A stretch of DNA of 27,260 bases from a virus. Taxonomy: Duplodnaviria > Caudoviricetes. The position numbers and the translations under genes were made by a program. The stretch covers positions 1 to 27,260 of IMG/VR virus record IMGVR_UViG_3300035135_002236, one strand, 5' to 3'. A model generated the notes under the pieces. That model had not been told where the DNA came from. It made no database searches and saw only the letters and a program-made list of their open reading frames with translations. This document shows positions 23,918-27,260 of the stretch, piece by piece (the stretch's first letter is position 1; each line of letters begins with the position of its first letter).

Positions 23918-24342
23918 AGGCATTTCCCGGACGCCGTGGGGCAACCTGCGGGGTATGTCACGGAAAGCTCCAGAGGGAGCGTCACGGGCGCTCTCCAGAT
24001 GCGTGGTGTGCCTATCTGGTGCAGCAAGCTAGGAGCAACGCGAAGAAGACAAACCGAGAGTTCAATATCACCCCTGACGAGGTTTGCGGACTCTGGGAGA
24101 AACAAGGTGGGTTGTGTGCGCTAACGGGTCTGCCCATGCAGCACCACCCCGCCTACAGCGATATGAACGCCTCTATGGACCGCAAAGAAGGCTCCATAGG
24201 TTACGTGATCGATAACGTGCAGTTGGTGTGTTGGCGCATCAACGAAATGAAAAACGACCAGCCGGAGCATCAGTTGCTCTGGTGGGCACGAGCATTAGTA
24301 GCGCATGACAAGAAGCATCGAAGAAGTAGCGCGGAAGCTTAA
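23866..24342 (+). CDS. HNH-like (His-Me finger) nuclease with N-terminal Zn finger
   Basis: CTVC/CGVC, then Q.G.CALTG, SMDR....GY...NV..VC...N.MK. Confidence 0.7.
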   Translation: MQLGHKVCTVCGSEKPVEAFPGRRGATCGVCHGKLQRERHGRSPDAWCAYLVQQARSNAKKTNREFNITPDEVCGLWEKQGGLCALTGLPMQHHPAYSDMNASMDRKEGSIGYVIDNVQLVCWRINEMKNDQPEHQLLWWARALVAHDKKHRRSSAEA

Positions 24343-25888
24343 ATATAACTTCCCGCTGTACGCGAAGAACGTCCTCCGAATTGTGAACAAGGAAGGCGAA
24401 CTTATCCCGTTCAGGCTCAACTCTGGACAGCGGTGGGTTCACTCTCAGTTCGAGAAACAACTGGAGGAGCAAGGCAACGTACGTGCCCTCGTGCTGAAGG
24501 CGCGTCAGACAGGGATATCTACTTATGTTGAAGGCAGGATGTTTTGGCGGGTCACTCAGAATAAAAACGCGAATGCGTTTGTACTCTCGCATCTGGCGGA
24601 AAGTACGAATGCGATTTTCCAGATGGTTAAGCTCTTTCATGAGCATGCGCCGCACCCAGTTTTTGCTCCTCCTTTGTCTTCTCAGTCTAGCTCCACTCTG
24701 GTCTTTGATGGACTCAATTCAAGATTCAGGGTGGGAACCGCTAGGTCCACACAGACTGGTCGAGGACAGACAAACCGATTCGTCCATGGCTCAGAGGTAG
24801 CGTTCTACCCGCAAGGCTCAGACATTGTTGCGGGTCTACTACAGACGGTTGGCGGTAAGGGCTCTGAAGTAATCCTGGAGTCCACCGCAAACGGTGCTGG
24901 TGGCTGGTTCTATGATCAGGTGATGAAGTCTCTGCGCGGTGAGACCGAGTGGCAGGTGTGCTTTATCCCGTGGTTCTGGATGCCTGAGTACCGACGTAGG
25001 CTGAACCCTTATTTTGAGAGGACGCCCGAAGAAGAAAAATTAGCGCAGCAGTACGGGCTAGACGACGAACAATTGATGTTTCGCCGCGCAAAATTAGATG
25101 AGCTTGGCTCTACCGATCTATTCCGACAGGAGTACCCCTCAACGCCGCTAGAAGCATTCCTGACCTCAGGGCGCTGCTTTGTGGAGGATGCGTGTCTTAG
25201 GGACGCAGAGAGCGAGGTATACACGCCTGACTTCCGTGGTGAGTTTGATGACGGTCAGCTCCACGAGGGGTCGCACGGTCCATACCGGGAGTGGCACCCG
25301 CCCGAGGAAGACAACTACGTCATTGGTGTGGACGTGGCGGAGGGTCTTGCCTACGGCGACTATAGCTGCGCTCAGGTGCTCGATGGACTGGGCAGACAAG
25401 TTGCCTGTTGGCACGGGCACATCGATCCATACGCCTATGCCGACATGCTTTGCAACCTCGGCAAAAGGTATCGAAATGCTTACATCATCGTCGAACGTAA
25501 CAACCACGGTCTGACAACACTGCGCCGCATGCAGGAATTGCAGTACCCGAACCTCTATATCGAGAGTTCAGTGGACGGCGCGTACGGCGACAAGCTTACA
25601 AAACGCGGTGGTTTTCTAACCACATCCAAAACGAAGCCGCTGATTATCGACAACTTAGCGGCGCTTCTACGTCAACGTGAATCGGGAATAGCTGACAAAG
25701 AGCTGGTGAACGAGCTACGAACCTATGTAATTGATGAAAAAGGCGCGTATAATGCTCAAAGTGGTTGTCACGACGACCGCGTTATGGCATACGCCATAGC
25801 TCTGCATGGACTCGCATCGATGCCCCGACCTCGGAGGCATGAAGTCAAACGCCGTTTCAAGACGGTTGACTCAACGACGGGTTACTAA
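24305..25888 (+). CDS. terL: Terminase large subunit
   Basis: LKARQTGIST, HGSEVAF, ESTANG, IGVDVAEG..GDYS, HDDRVMA. Confidence 0.95.
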   Translation: MTRSIEEVARKLKYNFPLYAKNVLRIVNKEGELIPFRLNSGQRWVHSQFEKQLEEQGNVRALVLKARQTGISTYVEGRMFWRVTQNKNANAFVLSHLAESTNAIFQMVKLFHEHAPHPVFAPPLSSQSSSTLVFDGLNSRFRVGTARSTQTGRGQTNRFVHGSEVAFYPQGSDIVAGLLQTVGGKGSEVILESTANGAGGWFYDQVMKSLRGETEWQVCFIPWFWMPEYRRRLNPYFERTPEEEKLAQQYGLDDEQLMFRRAKLDELGSTDLFRQEYPSTPLEAFLTSGRCFVEDACLRDAESEVYTPDFRGEFDDGQLHEGSHGPYREWHPPEEDNYVIGVDVAEGLAYGDYSCAQVLDGLGRQVACWHGHIDPYAYADMLCNLGKRYRNAYIIVERNNHGLTTLRRMQELQYPNLYIESSVDGAYGDKLTKRGGFLTTSKTKPLIIDNLAALLRQRESGIADKELVNELRTYVIDEKGAYNAQSGCHDDRVMAYAIALHGLASMPRPRRHEVKRRFKTVDSTTGY

Positions 25889-25890
25889 AC

Positions 25891-27260
25891 ATGCTAGAAG
25901 AATATGACGAAGATCAGCTAGACGGACAGCAAGAGCAAGAGCTTAACTCGCTGGGTGGTCGGCTGGGTCGCATCTTTCAGGAATACAAGGACGCTCGTAA
26001 AGAAACCGAGAACGAGTGGCTGAAAGATCTGCGTCAGTACAACGGCATCTATGAGCCAAGCGTACTGGCAGCTCTTAACGATGCTGGTGCCCGCTCAAAA
26101 GTTTTTGTGGGTCTTACCCGAACAAAAGTCATGGCGGCATACAGCCGTATCGTTGATCTCTTGTTTCAGCAAGGCGATCTCTTCTTCTCTGTAACGCCCA
26201 CCCCTATTGCTCAGCTCGATCCCATGAAGGCGATGGAGCTACGCGCACAGGCGACACAGGAAATCGTGATGGCGTCCGGTATGGACCCCAACATGAACCA
26301 AGACCTGATCATGGCTCGCATGCAGGAGCTGGAGCCTGAGTTCCTCGAGATGGAGCAGGAGATCGCTGAGAAAGCAGCAGAGGAAATGACCACGGTCATC
26401 GCCGACCAGCTTATCGAAGCCGACTCAGATCAGAAGCTCAAGCAGTCAATGCTCGAGGCTTGCATCTTTGGATCAGGCGCGGTGAAGGCTGGCACGGTTC
26501 GTATCGATCGCAAGCAGAGCTACCAGAAAGTCATCGACGAGATGGGCAACCAGACCTACGCGCTGGCGATGATTGAGGAAGCCATGCCCGAGCTGGAGTC
26601 GGTATCGATCTTTGATCTGTACCCCGACCCCTACTGCACGACGCTTGAAGACTGCGACGGTTTATTCCGCCGCCACGTTTTGACGCGCACACAGTTTAGA
26701 GCGCTAGCAGATACTCCCGGATTCGACGGGGATATGGTCCGCTACCTGCTCAAGAATCACAGGAAAGGCAACTATGTCGAAGCGGACCATGAACGCGATC
26801 GCCGTCGTATTGCTGGCATCCATGACCATTCTGAACCCAACCGATTTGAGGTTTTTGAGTATTGGGGCAACATCGACGGTTATGAGCTAAAGGATCATGG
26901 CATTGAGCTGCCTGAGGGCGCAGACCTAACCGCAGACTTTTCTGCTTGCGTTTGGATGTGCGACCGTAAGATCTTGAAGATCAACTTGAATCCGATTGCC
27001 GGGTACAAGATTCCATACCATATCTTCCCCTACGAACGCAGTCCTCATCAGTTCTGGGGCGTCGGCGTCCCCCGCATGATGCGCGATTCTCAGAGCACGA
27101 TGAACGCCGCTGTGCGTATTTGGCTCGATAACCTTGCGCTGTCCTCTGGTCCCATGCTGGAAGTAAACACCGACCTCTTGGCTGCTGGGGAAGATCCTAC
27201 AGATATTCATCCGTGGCGCGTGTTCTTGCGCGAAGGCGGAGACGGCTCCATGCCAGCAGT
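25891..27260 (+). CDS. Portal protein, 3'-truncated
   Basis: ATG 2 nt after the terL stop (MLEEYDEDQLD...RSKVFVGLTRTKV...FDLYPDP...FWGVGVP...DNLALS); frame appears open to the window end. Confidence 0.85.
   Translation, partial: MLEEYDEDQLDGQQEQELNSLGGRLGRIFQEYKDARKETENEWLKDLRQYNGIYEPSVLAALNDAGARSKVFVGLTRTKVMAAYSRIVDLLFQQGDLFFSVTPTPIAQLDPMKAMELRAQATQEIVMASGMDPNMNQDLIMARMQELEPEFLEMEQEIAEKAAEEMTTVIADQLIEADSDQKLKQSMLEACIFGSGAVKAGTVRIDRKQSYQKVIDEMGNQTYALAMIEEAMPELESVSIFDLYPDPYCTTLEDCDGLFRRHVLTRTQFRALADTPGFDGDMVRYLLKNHRKGNYVEADHERDRRRIAGIHDHSEPNRFEVFEYWGNIDGYELKDHGIELPEGADLTADFSACVWMCDRKILKINLNPIAGYKIPYHIFPYERSPHQFWGVGVPRMMRDSQSTMNAAVRIWLDNLALSSGPMLEVNTDLLAAGEDPTDIHPWRVFLREGGDGSMPA

Noticed and set aside
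26211-27210. Minus-strand ORFs at the right end
   Set aside because: Antisense to the portal frame, which the ORF track omits only because it has no stop in the window.

Overview
A 27-kb segment of a temperate tailed phage, probably podovirus-like with a proteobacterial (likely gammaproteobacterial) host, seen in its unintegrated form. In order: two large putative internal-virion/ejection proteins (one of 1940 aa with an HExxH zincin motif); an intact attP (3' part of tRNA-Gly(GCC) between two IHF consensus sites) and a tyrosine integrase; a leftward recombination operon (ERF, YqaJ exonuclease, SSB-like, CsrA-like); an XRE repressor coupled to a PAS-like protein; a rightward replication/nin-like operon (initiator, primase-helicase, nucleases); about 17 small leftward early genes including an Ocr-like protein; then terS, small basic proteins, holin, DUF5675 lysin-like, an HNH-like protein, terL and the start of the portal. 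The strongest candidate for a new system is a phage post-transcriptional circuit: a single-chain tandem CsrA-like protein, a structured 3' RNA in the same operon with anti-Shine-Dalgarno loops, and a CAUGGA(GAGAGA) motif repeated at the ribosome-binding sites of early genes, integrase and ERF. Two further candidates are exact copies of attP-arm sequences plus an IHF site 15 kb away next to terS, and a repressor with no protease domain paired with a stand-alone PAS-like protein. All family calls come from motif recognition by eye; no database searches were run.
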